64,000 nucleotides of DNA from Candidatus Woesebacteria bacterium RIFCSPLOWO2_01_FULL_39_23 (GCA_001793095.1 MGHG01000009.1:15450-79449); one strand, 5' to 3'. Shown: positions 10,151 through 23,673, counted from the first letter of the stretch. Notes: generated from the letters alone by a model not told the origin. Translations and numbers: made by a program.

Positions 10151-10927
10151 ATGTCAAAAAGAAAACGTTTTGTAGTAACCTCAGTACTTCTTTCTTTGGG
10201 ATTTTTTGTAATTCAATTTATTGATATACAGACATATAAATTTATTGGTATGGGAGTGTTGTGTCTACTGACGCTTGTCTTATTTATTTGGTCGCTCAGA
10301 GAAGGGTTGGGGAAAAATCTTACATTACTTACTCTAATATTACCCGTTTCTTTTACTGCTTCGGTTGGTCTTTTTTGGTTTTTATTACCTGCAAGTTGGC
10401 TTCTTAGAATTCCTGTAATTCTTTTTTTTGCTGCCGGAACATATGCGTTGTCATTAACTTCCAATATATTTACTGTTTCAGCTATAAGAACAATAGCATT
10501 GCTTCGTGCGGCTAAAGGCGTAGGATTTTTACTCACTCTTGTTGTAATGTTCCTTATATACGACACAATATTTTCATTACGTACGGGTATGTTGATTACT
10601 AGCAGCTTGGTCTTTCTCTCGTCGCTTATACTTTTTTTACAGGGGTTTTGGACCGTGATACTAACTAATTATTTTTCAAATAAACTAGTTATGATTTCGA
10701 TAATAACATCACTTGTTGTAAGCGAGTCGGTTATAAGTATATATTTCTGGCCGGTTACAGTTGTTGTCGGTTCATTGTTTTTAACTATCGTATCTTATGT
10801 TTTATTGGGTTTAGGTCAGGCCATGCTCGAGGGGAGGCTTTTTCGCCAAACCGTCAGGGAATACCTTCTGGTGGGCACTGTTGTATTTATAGTTATGTTT
10901 CTTTCGACCCATTGGGCAGGCTCATAA
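10151..10927 (+). CDS. Multi-pass membrane hypothetical protein
   Basis: About 9 hydrophobic segments, directly follows yebC. Confidence 0.75.
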   Translation: MSKRKRFVVTSVLLSLGFFVIQFIDIQTYKFIGMGVLCLLTLVLFIWSLREGLGKNLTLLTLILPVSFTASVGLFWFLLPASWLLRIPVILFFAAGTYALSLTSNIFTVSAIRTIALLRAAKGVGFLLTLVVMFLIYDTIFSLRTGMLITSSLVFLSSLILFLQGFWTVILTNYFSNKLVMISIITSLVVSESVISIYFWPVTVVVGSLFLTIVSYVLLGLGQAMLEGRLFRQTVREYLLVGTVVFIVMFLSTHWAGS

Positions 10928-11426
10928 TATTAATATTGTAAAAATATTGACATTAGAGATTAAAATTTTGATAGGCCTAAGAAAGGGGAGTAGGGAGAGG
11001 TTAACGCCCTATAATAATTATAGGGTATACACCGGTACATTTTCACAGAAAGGTAAAAATGTTTTCACGCGCACAACAATCGACTTAAGTAGTGTCCAAA
11101 GAAATACCGAAATATTTATAGGCTTCGCGTTCGGAGTATAACGGTGATTAATGATATAGAATGATATAGTTTCTTCCTCACTTCAAGCCTAATTATGTTC
11201 TTTGTATTGTGGATAATTATTATAAAATAATTTGCATAGATTTTGATTTTGCACCCTCTCTCGATAGAGGAATATCCTTAATGTGTAAATTGTCCTTAAT
11301 AATATAATACTGGACGGTTATGAGAGAAGTGTCTGTATAGCTTCCCTTATTTCTCTTGTTCTCCGGGGACGGAGTGTGGTAAGGACTGATTTAGTAGTGA
11401 AGAAGTCAGAGAAGCGAAATTATATA

Positions 11427-11454
11427 ATGTCGCACAATATAACTTTTACGACGT
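11427..11454. other. Candidate dif (Xer recombination) site
   Basis: ATGTCGCACAA-TATAAC-TTTTACGACGT: 11-6-11 layout with 8/11 inverted arms, 1.2 kb upstream of a Xer gene. Confidence 0.55.
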
Positions 11455-11794
11455 ATATAAATTCAGCCAGGGGTAGAGCGTAATTAACATAGCTTTCTTA
11501 ACTCTAGCTTATACAAATATTTCTTATAATTATTTTCTAAGTTAATTTATCTTCTCCGAAATTGATGTCATTAAAATTCGTAAACCAAACATAACCCGAA
11601 GCCGAATTATATGCAATTTATACTCCCCTATTTATAATAAATTTCCGGATAATTAATAAACGCCGTATATACGGAAATATAAATACATTACTAAGACGAG
11701 CAACAGACCGTCTTTTTCTTAAAACCTACCTTAGAAACGATTTGGTGAGGCCAAATATTTCTTATTAACTGCATGTTTGCTAAGATACTGCATT

Positions 11795-12553
11795 ATGCTT
11801 AAGGAACGCGAACCCATATCAAAAACTGGCAAACTTTTAGACTTAATGAGAATTTATGGTGTAAGTTTTGATCTGGACGGTGTAAAAGTATTGACATCAC
11901 CGGGAGCTATCAAAATTTACAATAAAAAGTGGGGAATTCCATATGGTTTGGTTAAATATCACGGTGATTTGTCAGATTATTTTTCAATGACCCAGTGGTT
12001 GACAGAAATTAATTCGCTCCATCGCGGTAAAATACAAGATCCGATGCATGAGGCTGTTAGTATTTGGAATAATGAAGAAAACTTAAGGACTGCACCAGTC
12101 GAATCAGGAGTAATATCGTTATTAAAATTGATGTACAACCATAAAGTAGATCCATACGATATAACCTCCAGACCGGTAAGTACAAAACAGACCACCGAAG
12201 AATGGATTAATAATAAATTGGGTGTGTTCGGAGATCTGACTAATAGACTTAATATGCAGGAAGGTGAAAATTTGAATCCTGAATTTAAAGCCGATCGCGC
12301 GGAATTATTGAAAATATTATTTCATTTTGAAGATTCGGGAAAACACGCTGAGAAAATCGCAGATAGAGGGATTGTTGTTGGACTTGTTATTAAGCCGTGG
12401 AGTGAAAATTATATTCCCCAACATCCTCTGATAATACGCCCAACACGGTATCACGGCAGACCGGAAATTGTACGGACGTTTTTGGCACTTCGCGACTTTG
12501 TTGCAACTAACCCTGAAATTATTAACTCCTTAATTGAAAAAAGATTCAAATAG
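11795..12553 (+). CDS. HAD-superfamily protein, 5'(3')-deoxyribonucleotidase-like
   Basis: Motif I SFDLDGV, motif II ITSR, conserved K, motif IV FED; ATG 11795 preferred. Confidence 0.6.
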   Translation: MLKEREPISKTGKLLDLMRIYGVSFDLDGVKVLTSPGAIKIYNKKWGIPYGLVKYHGDLSDYFSMTQWLTEINSLHRGKIQDPMHEAVSIWNNEENLRTAPVESGVISLLKLMYNHKVDPYDITSRPVSTKQTTEEWINNKLGVFGDLTNRLNMQEGENLNPEFKADRAELLKILFHFEDSGKHAEKIADRGIVVGLVIKPWSENYIPQHPLIIRPTRYHGRPEIVRTFLALRDFVATNPEIINSLIEKRFK

Positions 12554-12659
12554 CCAGTGTCGCACAATATTGACAGCGTGTATCAAATAGTGTAAGCTGA
12601 GTTATACTTAACAATTACCACTTGTCATTTGACATTTAGCATTTATAGTTTAATTAAGC

Positions 12660-13610
12660 ATGACTGCCCAATCATCTTCATCTGAAATAGCTAAAAAAGT
12701 TAATGATTTTTTGGAGTACCTCGAAGTTGAGAAAGGCTCCTCTCCCCTGACTATAAGGAACTATCGCCATTATTTAGGACGCTTTATGGACTTTTTGAGT
12801 AAAGAAGGTATACGGATGAATTTGGTCGATATTAACCCGGAAATAGTTCGCCAGTTCAGGGTTTATTTATCACGACTTCCCGGTTATAAACATCAAGGGA
12901 CAATTTGCAGAAAAACTCAAGGATATCACGCGATTGCGATTCGATCATTTCTCCGTTGGTTAATCAAAAACGATTTTAAAGTGATGTCTCCGGATAAAAT
13001 TGATTTACCGAAGGTCGCCGAGCGACAAGTTAAGTTTCTATCAAGTGAGGATGTCGGACGTTTGCTTAATTCCCCGTCACTTTCGACAATAAACGGGAAA
13101 AGAGATAAGGCGATTTTAGAAGTTCTTTACTCAACCGGGTTACGTGTGTCCGAACTGGTAAGACTTAATCGCGACGAAATTGATTTAGACAGGCGGGAAT
13201 TTGGGGTTGTCGGAAAAGGCGGACGAGCGCGAGTAGTATTTTTATCGAAGCGGGCTGCTGAATGGATTGATGCATATTCAAAAGTGAGAGCTGATCACTT
13301 CAAGCCTTTATTTATACGGCATAAAGGAAAAATTGATCCGGCGGTAGCGGATGAAAAAATGCGGCTTACGTCAAGATCGATTCAGAGAATGATAAAAAAG
13401 TATGTCAGGAAAATAAAGTTGACGGTGGACGCAACACCCCATGTCTTACGACATTCTTTTGCAACTGATCTTCTTATGGCGGGAGCCGATATTCGAAGTG
13501 TGCAGGAAATGCTGGGACATAAAAATATTCAAACTACTCAAATATACACCCACGTTACCCAACGCCACCTCAGGGAAATCCACGAGACGTTTCATGGAAA
13601 AGGAAATTAG
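12660..13610 (+). CDS. Xer-family tyrosine recombinase
   Basis: SAM-like N-domain; catalytic R (GLRVSE), K (GKG), HVLRHSFAT, LGH, TTQIY. Confidence 0.93.
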   Translation: MTAQSSSSEIAKKVNDFLEYLEVEKGSSPLTIRNYRHYLGRFMDFLSKEGIRMNLVDINPEIVRQFRVYLSRLPGYKHQGTICRKTQGYHAIAIRSFLRWLIKNDFKVMSPDKIDLPKVAERQVKFLSSEDVGRLLNSPSLSTINGKRDKAILEVLYSTGLRVSELVRLNRDEIDLDRREFGVVGKGGRARVVFLSKRAAEWIDAYSKVRADHFKPLFIRHKGKIDPAVADEKMRLTSRSIQRMIKKYVRKIKLTVDATPHVLRHSFATDLLMAGADIRSVQEMLGHKNIQTTQIYTHVTQRHLREIHETFHGKGN

Positions 13611-13612
13611 TA

Positions 13613-14146
13613 ATGAAAACTTTAATTTTACCCGGATATTCGGAACACAATAGAGATTGGGCTGAAGAGGTAGCTAAAAACTTAATGCCATCAGCTAAAA
13701 GTAATATAACTAAATCGGGAAAGAAAAGGAGTCAAATAATTGTACATGTATGGGATCATTGGTCAAAAGGTGGAAGCTTAAACATCAACTCAGAGGTAGA
13801 AAAGATATTAGTGGAAGTTGGGAAAGAAAAAGTAAATTTTATTGCGAAGTCAGTAGGTACGAAAGTGTTGATGTCTGTTGTTCCCCGGATTAAAGAACAA
13901 ATCAATAAGGTCATACTTTGCGGTATTCCGATTGACCCCGTCGGTTATGCGAAAGTATTAAAACAGATTGGATATGACAACCTAGTAATTTTTCAAAATT
14001 CACAAGACCCGTTTATGCCATATAAGGCAATAAAGTTATACATAAAAGCAGTCGATAAAAATATCAAAGTTATAGAAAAACCCCGATTTGACCATAGTTA
14101 TCCGTATTATTATGACTTTAAGTTATTTCTTAAAGGTAAATCCTAG
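13613..14146 (+). CDS. Alpha/beta hydrolase-like protein
   Basis: ILPG start, AKSVG nucleophile elbow, QDPF, DHSY. Confidence 0.65.
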   Translation: MKTLILPGYSEHNRDWAEEVAKNLMPSAKSNITKSGKKRSQIIVHVWDHWSKGGSLNINSEVEKILVEVGKEKVNFIAKSVGTKVLMSVVPRIKEQINKVILCGIPIDPVGYAKVLKQIGYDNLVIFQNSQDPFMPYKAIKLYIKAVDKNIKVIEKPRFDHSYPYYYDFKLFLKGKS

Positions 14147-14162
14147 TTGGGGAAATAGCTAA

Positions 14163-16790
14163 CTACTTCTTTTCTTCCACTGCTTCTTCATCAGTAGTTT
14201 TTTCAAGAACGGTCATAGCGGCTACGGCATCTGTCTTATCAGTGAAACGCATGAGTATTACGCCTTGCGTCGCCCTGCCCATCTGCGGAATATTTTTTAA
14301 GGGCAGCTTGATAATTTGTCCGAATTTACTCGTTATTACTACCTGCTCGACATTTTCGGTAACCAAGGCTTCGGTTGCCAGATCGCCCGTTTTCGAATTA
14401 ACGACTGCTGCTTTTACCCCCTTCCCCGCCCTTTTCTGTTGCGGGAATAAGTGGGTTGGTGTTCTTTTACCCAACCCCTTGCCCGAAATCGTTAACATAT
14501 CTCTGAAATTTTTCCTTCTTTTATCATCACTTTTTTTATGGTCCGGCGGGAAAACTTCCATGCCTATAACAAGATCTTCTTTTTCAAGTTTAATTCCGGT
14601 TACTCCGCTTGTTGCCCGACCCATTGATCGCGCATTAGCTTCGGGAAATCTAATCGATTTACCTTTTTTTGTTAATAAAAATATATGGTCGTTTCCGGTT
14701 GTCTCGTGGACAGAAACCAGAGAATCATCCTTATCTAAACGGATTGCAATAATTCCGGAAGTCCGGATATTCGTAAATTCTTTGATCGACGTCTTTTTTA
14801 TCACACCTTTGGCTGTAGACATTATTAGGTAACTTCCTATTGTAGTCATAGGTAGAATCGACATAATACGCTCGTTTTGCTCTATGTTTAAAATGTTTAC
14901 GACAGCCTGACCCTTAGCCTGCCTTGAAGACTCCTGAATTTCCCAGGCTTTAGTTCCGTAGACCTTACCTTTATCAGTGAAGAATAAAATTGTATCGTGA
15001 GTTGTAGCGGAAATGATGTGCTCTATTTCGTCTTCTTCTTTGGTTGTCATACCCACCACCCCCTTGCCGCCGCGTCTTTGTGCTCTGTAAGTTGTTCTCG
15101 GCACCCTTTTTATATAACCGGTTTTCGTAATTGTGATCAGGGTTTCTTCTTTAGGCACAAGATCCTCTTCACTAAATTCTCCTATTTTAGCTTTATAAAT
15201 TTTAGTTTTACGTTCATCCCCAAATTTCTTTTTTGCATCCTCCAGTTCACCCATTATCATGTCTAAAACTTTATTGGGATCTCTGAGAATTGCGATTAAC
15301 CTGTCTATCAATTTCTTTATCTCATTATATTCTTCTAATATTTTTTCCCGCTCTAAAGCGGCAAGGCGCCTTAGTTGCATGTCCAATATTGCCGTAGCTT
15401 GGATGTCGCTGAGCGCAAATTTTGATATAAGATTGTTTTTGGCATCTTCCTGGGTTTTGCTTTTTCTAATTGTCGAAATTACCTCGTCTAAGTTGTCGAG
15501 CGCAATCATTAACCCTTCCAAAATATGGGCTCTTCTTTTAGCTTCCGTAAGATCGAATATTGTTCGTCGGATAATTACTTTAAGTCGGTGTTTGACATAC
15601 TCAACCACAATTTCTTTTAGACTTAAGGTGCGGGGTGTACCGTCGACCAAGGCTACGAAATTAGCAGGAAAAGAACTTTGAAGTTTGGTTAATTTATATA
15701 AATTATTTAGTACGGCTTTAGGTTTAGAATCGCGTTTTAGTTCAACTACGACCCTAAGTCCGTCTTTGTCTGATTCGTCACGCAGGTCAGATATGCCGAC
15801 TATTTTTTTCTCTCTGACTAAGTCTGCGATTTTTTTAACTAACTCTGCTTTATTGACTTGGTAAGGTATGGCACTAATAATAATAGACTCTTTACCTTTT
15901 TTACTCTCAGTTATTTCAGCAATACCACGAACCGTTATTTTGCCCCTACCAGTTGCATACACTTCTTTTATTGATGCCGCATCGTAAATAGTTGCACCGG
16001 TTGGAAAATCCGGACCGGGAATAAATTTAATCAACTCTTCCAGGGTAATTTCACTATCAAAATCAACATTATTTGCGTCGATCTCTTTATTTTCAAGTTT
16101 TTTCTCAACACCTGCTGCAACTAAGTTTATTTTTTTGATGACAAATTCAGTTTCTTCTTTCTGGTTTTCTTGATCTGTTATTACCCCACCCTTTTTTATT
16201 GCAGATACAATTCCGTCGATAACCTCTTTGAGATTGTGCGGAGGAATTTTTGTCGCCATGCCGACGGCGATGCCCTCTGACCCCATAAGCAGTAAGTTTG
16301 GCAGTAGTGCCGGAAGGTATACAGGTTCTTTTAAGGTCGCATCGAAATTATCGATCACCTCAACGGTATCTTTTTGAATATCCGTGAGGAGTAGATCTGA
16401 TATTGTTGCCAGCTTTACCTCAGTGTAGCGCATTGCTGCAGCGGAGTCTCCGTCGACCGATCCGAAATTACCCTGGCCTTTAATTAAGGGGTATCTTAAA
16501 GAAAAAGTTTGTGCCATTCTGACTAAAGAGTCATAAACGGCAACATCGCCATGGGGGTGATATTTACCCAACACTTCTCCGACAACTTTTGCCGACTTTG
16601 TGAAAGATGAACTAGGTCCGAGCCCCATTTGATACATTGCATAAAGTATTCTTCTGTGGACGGGCTTGAGCCCGTCTCTGACATCCGGAAGGGCTCGGGC
16701 TACAATAACGCTCATTGCATAATCAACGTAAGATTTAGCTAGTTCGGAGGTTATTTCGATGGGTTTAATTTTTCCAATATCCATATACAT
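14163..16790 (-). CDS. gyrA: DNA gyrase subunit A
   Basis: [29 protein letters not shown] catalytic Tyr, GyrA-box QRRGGKG, CTD blades; start may be 16784. Confidence 0.97.
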   Translation of the reverse strand: MYMDIGKIKPIEITSELAKSYVDYAMSVIVARALPDVRDGLKPVHRRILYAMYQMGLGPSSSFTKSAKVVGEVLGKYHPHGDVAVYDSLVRMAQTFSLRYPLIKGQGNFGSVDGDSAAAMRYTEVKLATISDLLLTDIQKDTVEVIDNFDATLKEPVYLPALLPNLLLMGSEGIAVGMATKIPPHNLKEVIDGIVSAIKKGGVITDQENQKEETEFVIKKINLVAAGVEKKLENKEIDANNVDFDSEITLEELIKFIPGPDFPTGATIYDAASIKEVYATGRGKITVRGIAEITESKKGKESIIISAIPYQVNKAELVKKIADLVREKKIVGISDLRDESDKDGLRVVVELKRDSKPKAVLNNLYKLTKLQSSFPANFVALVDGTPRTLSLKEIVVEYVKHRLKVIIRRTIFDLTEAKRRAHILEGLMIALDNLDEVISTIRKSKTQEDAKNNLISKFALSDIQATAILDMQLRRLAALEREKILEEYNEIKKLIDRLIAILRDPNKVLDMIMGELEDAKKKFGDERKTKIYKAKIGEFSEEDLVPKEETLITITKTGYIKRVPRTTYRAQRRGGKGVVGMTTKEEDEIEHIISATTHDTILFFTDKGKVYGTKAWEIQESSRQAKGQAVVNILNIEQNERIMSILPMTTIGSYLIMSTAKGVIKKTSIKEFTNIRTSGIIAIRLDKDDSLVSVHETTGNDHIFLLTKKGKSIRFPEANARSMGRATSGVTGIKLEKEDLVIGMEVFPPDHKKSDDKRRKNFRDMLTISGKGLGKRTPTHLFPQQKRAGKGVKAAVVNSKTGDLATEALVTENVEQVVITSKFGQIIKLPLKNIPQMGRATQGVILMRFTDKTDAVAAMTVLEKTTDEEAVEEKK

Positions 16791-16792
16791 TT

Positions 16793-16828
16793 CGTTCTTT
16801 CTTTTCTAAAGAAAGAACGGCAAAGAAA
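16793..16828 (-). promoter_or_regulatory. Conserved 5'-leader hairpin/triplex-capable motif, copy before gyrA
   Basis: Minus strand TTTCTTTG-C-CGTTCTTTCTTT-AGA-AAAGAAAGAACG, 8 nt before ATG 16784. Confidence 0.7.
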
Positions 16829-16929
16829 TTTATAACGCAAATACTATTCTAAAATTCATAGTCCGTATCTTCTTTACCAAAGCGAGACAAAGAAATTAAT
16901 ACAGAAAACAAAAATGAGGCTGGATAGCC

Positions 16930-17829
16930 TTACTGTATTTTAGTCTTTTTTATACTCTGTGGCAAGGCCGAATAGGGGGTGGTCTTGACGTTAAAAAGTA
17001 CCAGTCCTGCAATCAAAAGTACGATCCCGACTATTAGCCAAAATTTAAAAATATCGGTAAGCAGAGCTGAACCGAGCGTTCCTGCAATAATGTCCCCCGC
17101 ATTTACTCTTGCGGCAATATTTTGCCCGAATATTCCGGCAGCAATCTTCATAATCCATGATAAAAACAAGATTAATATACCTGCAACTGTTATAAGTTTT
17201 GCCGGCCCGGATACACGATCGCTTTTACTTGAGGCAAGAGAATGTAATTTGACTAGTATTAAGGTAAGAATAAGCGAAAATAATAAATTCTTTCTCGCTC
17301 TTTGCCCGAGTAGAGAGAGACTTGTCAGACGATCTCTGTTGACATTAATTTCCGGATGTTCTTCGAGAACTTGTGTAACATTTATATTCTCGGTTGTTAG
17401 ATAATCAGGAAGACGCTCTATAGACTCTTTAGGTAAACCCCACTTCATGATTGGGAGATAAATTGTAAGTTCGGGAGTTTTTCCGTTAGCATAAATTAAG
17501 ATATTTTGTATATTCTTATCGGAAAAATCGCGAATATTTTCTTCACTAATTGGTGTTAAAAGTTTTTCTATCTGAGTATCGATTTCTTTCCTTTGACCCA
17601 CCGTCAGGTTGTTATAACTTTTATTCTGTTGTGCCAATTCCATTCTGAGAGAATTTCGAGCATATGCTTTTAATCCCTTTTCTAAATTCTTATATACCCC
17701 GGGTTTGGAGAAGGAGTTTTGATAGAACCTAGGATTAAGAAGAAAAAAAACTAACGTTGTGAGAATTAAGAGATAAATAATGGTAATGACTGTAAAAAAT
17801 CCAATTAGTGTTCTGACAAATGTTTTCAT
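16930..17829 (-). CDS. Membrane hypothetical protein
   Basis: N-terminal TM, soluble loop, 3 C-terminal TMs; 4-nt overlap with the upstream gene. Confidence 0.7.
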   Translation of the reverse strand: MKTFVRTLIGFFTVITIIYLLILTTLVFFLLNPRFYQNSFSKPGVYKNLEKGLKAYARNSLRMELAQQNKSYNNLTVGQRKEIDTQIEKLLTPISEENIRDFSDKNIQNILIYANGKTPELTIYLPIMKWGLPKESIERLPDYLTTENINVTQVLEEHPEINVNRDRLTSLSLLGQRARKNLLFSLILTLILVKLHSLASSKSDRVSGPAKLITVAGILILFLSWIMKIAAGIFGQNIAARVNAGDIIAGTLGSALLTDIFKFWLIVGIVLLIAGLVLFNVKTTPYSALPQSIKKTKIQ

Positions 17830-18506
17830 GTGTGTTGCGAAGTTGACTCAGTATGATATGCGATACCGCCCTTGATTTTTAGACCAATGAACCTAATAAA
17901 TGTTGCATTTTCAGTTTCATGCATCTGTTCAGATGCATCCATTACGGTTGGGTTAAATAAACCGTTAACTTCGTTCTGTATTTCATCTAGACTGAAAAAC
18001 CGCTCAACAAGGCCTTGGGGGGTCTGATAAAAATTTTCGTGTAGCTTAAGTGACTTTAAAACTTCAGGGTCTTCTTTCGATTTAAGTAGGGTTGCGAATA
18101 TTCCACCGTCTTTTAATACGCGATGAATTTCTCTGAAAATTTGGTCTGTTATCGTATGAGAAAAATAATGCAGGACGGCGTGTGCGTAGACGACATTAAA
18201 AGCTTCGTTTTTAAAAGGCAATGGATGTCGTATATCGATATTTTGAAAATCAATTAGAAGTTTCTGTGCGTTGGCTTCCCATTTAGAAATTTCTAAGGCA
18301 GAATCAGAAAAGTCGGAACTTGTCACCTTATATCCCTGGTGTGCAAAGTAGCGGGAATCTTTACCTAAGCCCGCGCCCAGCTCCAGTATAATTCCTTCTT
18401 TCGGGAAATAACTTATCGCAAATTGTGCAAAAAGTGACGGATTATCATCCCAATCCTCTTGTTCGTATTTTTTCCACCATCCATCCCAGAAATCCTTCGT
18501 TTCCAT
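17826..18506 (-). CDS. Class I SAM-dependent methyltransferase
   Basis: ILELGAGLG, SSDFS, LPFKNEAFNVV, LHYF, RVLKDGG. Confidence 0.88.
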   Translation of the reverse strand: METKDFWDGWWKKYEQEDWDDNPSLFAQFAISYFPKEGIILELGAGLGKDSRYFAHQGYKVTSSDFSDSALEISKWEANAQKLLIDFQNIDIRHPLPFKNEAFNVVYAHAVLHYFSHTITDQIFREIHRVLKDGGIFATLLKSKEDPEVLKSLKLHENFYQTPQGLVERFFSLDEIQNEVNGLFNPTVMDASEQMHETENATFIRFIGLKIKGGIAYHTESTSQHT

Positions 18507-18518
18507 TCTGGTTATATA

Positions 18519-20528
18519 TTAAACCAAAAAAGGGGCAATAAGAAGAGCGACGATTTGAACAATTTTCATCATTGGGTTTAGTGCCGGGCCTGAAGTGTCT
18601 TTCAAAGGATCCCCCACTGTGTCTCCTACGACCGCTGCTTTATGTGTTTCGCTACCCTTTCCTCCGAAGTTCCCGTCCTCTATATATTTCTTGGCATTAT
18701 CCCATGCCCCGCCGCTATTGCACATAAAAAAGGCAAGCATTAGTCCTGAAGCAACTACTCCACCCAAAAACCCGCCAAGAGTTTCTGCGCCAAGCAGTCC
18801 TACAAGTACGGGTATAGTAATAACCAACGCTGCGGGTATAACGAGTTCTTTCTGTGCTGCGGCAGTAACTATTGCCACAGCGGTTGTATAATCAGGGAGT
18901 GCCTTCCCTTCCATAATGCCTTTTATTTCCCTGAATTGACGCCTCACTTCTTCAACTACCTGAAATGCAGCCCGGCCGACTGAGCCAACGAGTCTTGAGG
19001 AAAATAAAAATGGCAAAGCGGACCCTAATAGAAGTCCGATAAATACTCTTGGAATGGCGATGTCTATTGTTTTTAATCCCGTAGCTTCAAAGTATGTGGC
19101 GAATAGGCTTGAGGCGGCAACTGCAGCTGAGCCTACTGCAAAACCTTTTGTCAAAGCTTTGGTGGTATTACCAACTGCATCGAGCGCGGAAGTTACTTTT
19201 ACTGCTTTGCCTTTTAATCCGGCCATTTCAACCATACCCTGAGCATTGTCCGAGATAGGTCCGAATGTATCGAGAGACATAATAATTCCGGTTGTAGCCA
19301 GCATTCCCATGCCGGCTAATGAAATTCCATAAAATCCCAAGAATAGATATCCAAGTAAAATTGTTGCGGCGATTACAATGACTGAAACAAAAGTTGATTC
19401 CATTCCGAGAGATAAACCGCTGATCAGGTTTGTTCCGGCACCAGTTTGCGCAGCTTTCGCAGTTGCTACAACTGGTTTTTCTCCGGGACCGGTATAATAT
19501 TTAGTAATGTATAAAAGTGCCAGCATTGAAACGATCCCAGTAATAGCCGCATATCCAGCTCTCGGCTCTTTTAATAAATAGGTTGCAAGAAGCATAAATA
19601 TAACTACGGCCGATACAGCTGATATTACGAAACCGCGGATGAGAGGATTAATTGGATTTTCTTTTTCGCTTTTTGCTTTAACAAAGAAGGTTCCCAATAT
19701 TGAGGTCAGAATTGCACCTGACCTGGCTAATAATGGAAAGACTACTCCGGCTAAGCCAAATAAGTTTCCACCCAAAATCATAGCTGCGACTATCGTTAAA
19801 GCATAGCTTTCAAAGACATCCGCTGCCATTCCCGCGCAGTCACCGACGTTATCTCCTACATTGTCGGCGATTACGGCTGGATTTCTCGGATCGTCTTCCG
19901 GAATTCCTTTTTCGACTTTTCCGACCAAGTCTGCTCCGACGTCTGCGGCTTTAGTAAATATTCCTCCGCCAACTCGCATAAATAATGCAAGAAGTGCTGC
20001 ACCGAATCCGTAACCGACAAGTACATTGGTTGCATGAGCAGCTACGATATCAGGTCCGAGCGAAATGTAAGTAAAATAAGACCACATATAAATGAGTGAT
20101 ACCCCAAGAAGGCCCAAACCCACAACCAACATTCCGTTTACCGTTCCCGCACCAAACGCAATTTGCAATGCTTTATTCATACTCTGCTGCGAAGCATTTG
20201 CTGTGCGCACATTAGCCCGCACTGCTATCCACATTCCGAAGTAACCGATGATAGCGCTGAAACTAGCACCCAGGAGAAAGGTCACTGCAATTCCGAAACC
20301 CAGTCCCGCCCAAATAAGAAGAGTTAAAATCGCCATAATGGGAAAGACGACTTTAAATTGTTTTCGAAGATAACTCATTGCTCCTTCTCTCACTGCTTGT
20401 GCAATTTTTTGAAGTTTTTCTCCGCCTTCACTTTCTTTTGTAACCTGCCGGCTCAGATAGATGCCATAGAGAAGGGCAAAAAGTGATGTTGCCGGTGCGG
20501 CAAATAGGGCTATAAGTTGAATATCCAT
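18519..20528 (-). CDS. hppA: Membrane-bound H+-translocating pyrophosphatase, K+-independent type
   Basis: GGGIFTKAADVGADLVGKVE, IPEDDPRNPAVIADNVGDNVGD, GNTTKA, GDTVGDPLKDTSGP. Confidence 0.95.
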   Translation of the reverse strand: MDIQLIALFAAPATSLFALLYGIYLSRQVTKESEGGEKLQKIAQAVREGAMSYLRKQFKVVFPIMAILTLLIWAGLGFGIAVTFLLGASFSAIIGYFGMWIAVRANVRTANASQQSMNKALQIAFGAGTVNGMLVVGLGLLGVSLIYMWSYFTYISLGPDIVAAHATNVLVGYGFGAALLALFMRVGGGIFTKAADVGADLVGKVEKGIPEDDPRNPAVIADNVGDNVGDCAGMAADVFESYALTIVAAMILGGNLFGLAGVVFPLLARSGAILTSILGTFFVKAKSEKENPINPLIRGFVISAVSAVVIFMLLATYLLKEPRAGYAAITGIVSMLALLYITKYYTGPGEKPVVATAKAAQTGAGTNLISGLSLGMESTFVSVIVIAATILLGYLFLGFYGISLAGMGMLATTGIIMSLDTFGPISDNAQGMVEMAGLKGKAVKVTSALDAVGNTTKALTKGFAVGSAAVAASSLFATYFEATGLKTIDIAIPRVFIGLLLGSALPFLFSSRLVGSVGRAAFQVVEEVRRQFREIKGIMEGKALPDYTTAVAIVTAAAQKELVIPAALVITIPVLVGLLGAETLGGFLGGVVASGLMLAFFMCNSGGAWDNAKKYIEDGNFGGKGSETHKAAVVGDTVGDPLKDTSGPALNPMMKIVQIVALLIAPFLV

Positions 20529-20621
20529 ATAAAAACAAAGCGACTCATAATATGAGTCTAAGTTGTATTGTATATTAGTAAATAATTATATGCAAACATG
20601 GTTTTATCAGCTTTAGCCAAA

Positions 20622-20720
20622 AGATCGGACAACTCGGACTACTCGGATGACGGAAGTCCGAATACTCGGACTGTCTGAAAATCGGATGGTCTGAGTTTTC
20701 AGAGTGATCTGATTCTCAGG
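20622..20720. repeat. 8-9 nt periodic TCRGA/TCYGA array
   Basis: ATCGGAC AACTCGGACT ACTCGGATG...TCCGAATA CTCGGACTG TCTGAAA. Confidence 0.6.
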
Positions 20721-20724
20721 TGAA

Positions 20725-20751
20725 TTAGACGTCCAAAGTTGCAGTCTTCGC
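20725..20751 (-). pseudogene. Displaced duplicate of the gyrB 3' end (AKTATLDV*)
   Basis: GCG AAG ACT GCA ACT TTG GAC GTC TAA encodes the same 8 residues as the functional gyrB end 101 bp away. Confidence 0.8.
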
Positions 20752-20825
20752 GTCCCGAATGATTTTCGCATTTGGCTTTTGAGTATTATTCATACACGCC
20801 TCATGCCAAAATCTGACGGGACAGC

Positions 20826-23470
<2,645 letters not shown>

Positions 23471-23499
23471 TACGGAAAGTATACAATATATATAGGTAC

Positions 23500-23595
23500 C
23501 CGGAGAACCTGAATACTCGGGTGACTCGGATGGTCAGAGAATCAAGTGGTCCGAAATTCCGAAGTCGGATTATTCAGAGTTTTCTGGTTCTCTGA
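23500..23595. repeat. 8-9 nt periodic TCRGA/TCYGA inverted array
   Basis: CCGGAGAA CCTGAATA CTCGGGTGA CTCGGATGG TCAGAGAA...TCCGAAAT TCCGAAG...TCTGGTTC TCTGA. Confidence 0.6.
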
Positions 23596-23673
23596 TGAGC
23601 GGTGCAGTTAAACAGTAATTGTTATACGCTTAAAGAGCTTGTAGTTACTGCTTCCATTGTGTAATAATGGTTT

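Noticed and set aside
10947-11141. 64-aa ORF
   Set aside because: TTG start, no recognisable motif, probably spurious
10930-11790. AT-rich 850-bp gap as oriC (one perfect DnaA box TGTGGATAA at 11208-11216)
   Set aside because: Only one perfect box was seen and there is no dnaA/dnaN nearby; the dif-like site and xer point to the terminus instead. Needs GC-skew analysis.
12660-13610. Prophage or island integrase
   Set aside because: Size and motifs fit a housekeeping Xer; no phage or conjugation genes are adjacent
14242-15681. Long antisense ORFs opposite gyrA (and similar shadows opposite hppA, gyrB, PBP, rplT)
   Set aside because: Expected shadows of conserved genes with no independent coding signals
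16053-16190. Intein in GyrA
   Set aside because: Too short, and lacks N-terminal Cys/Ser and C-terminal His-Asn motifs
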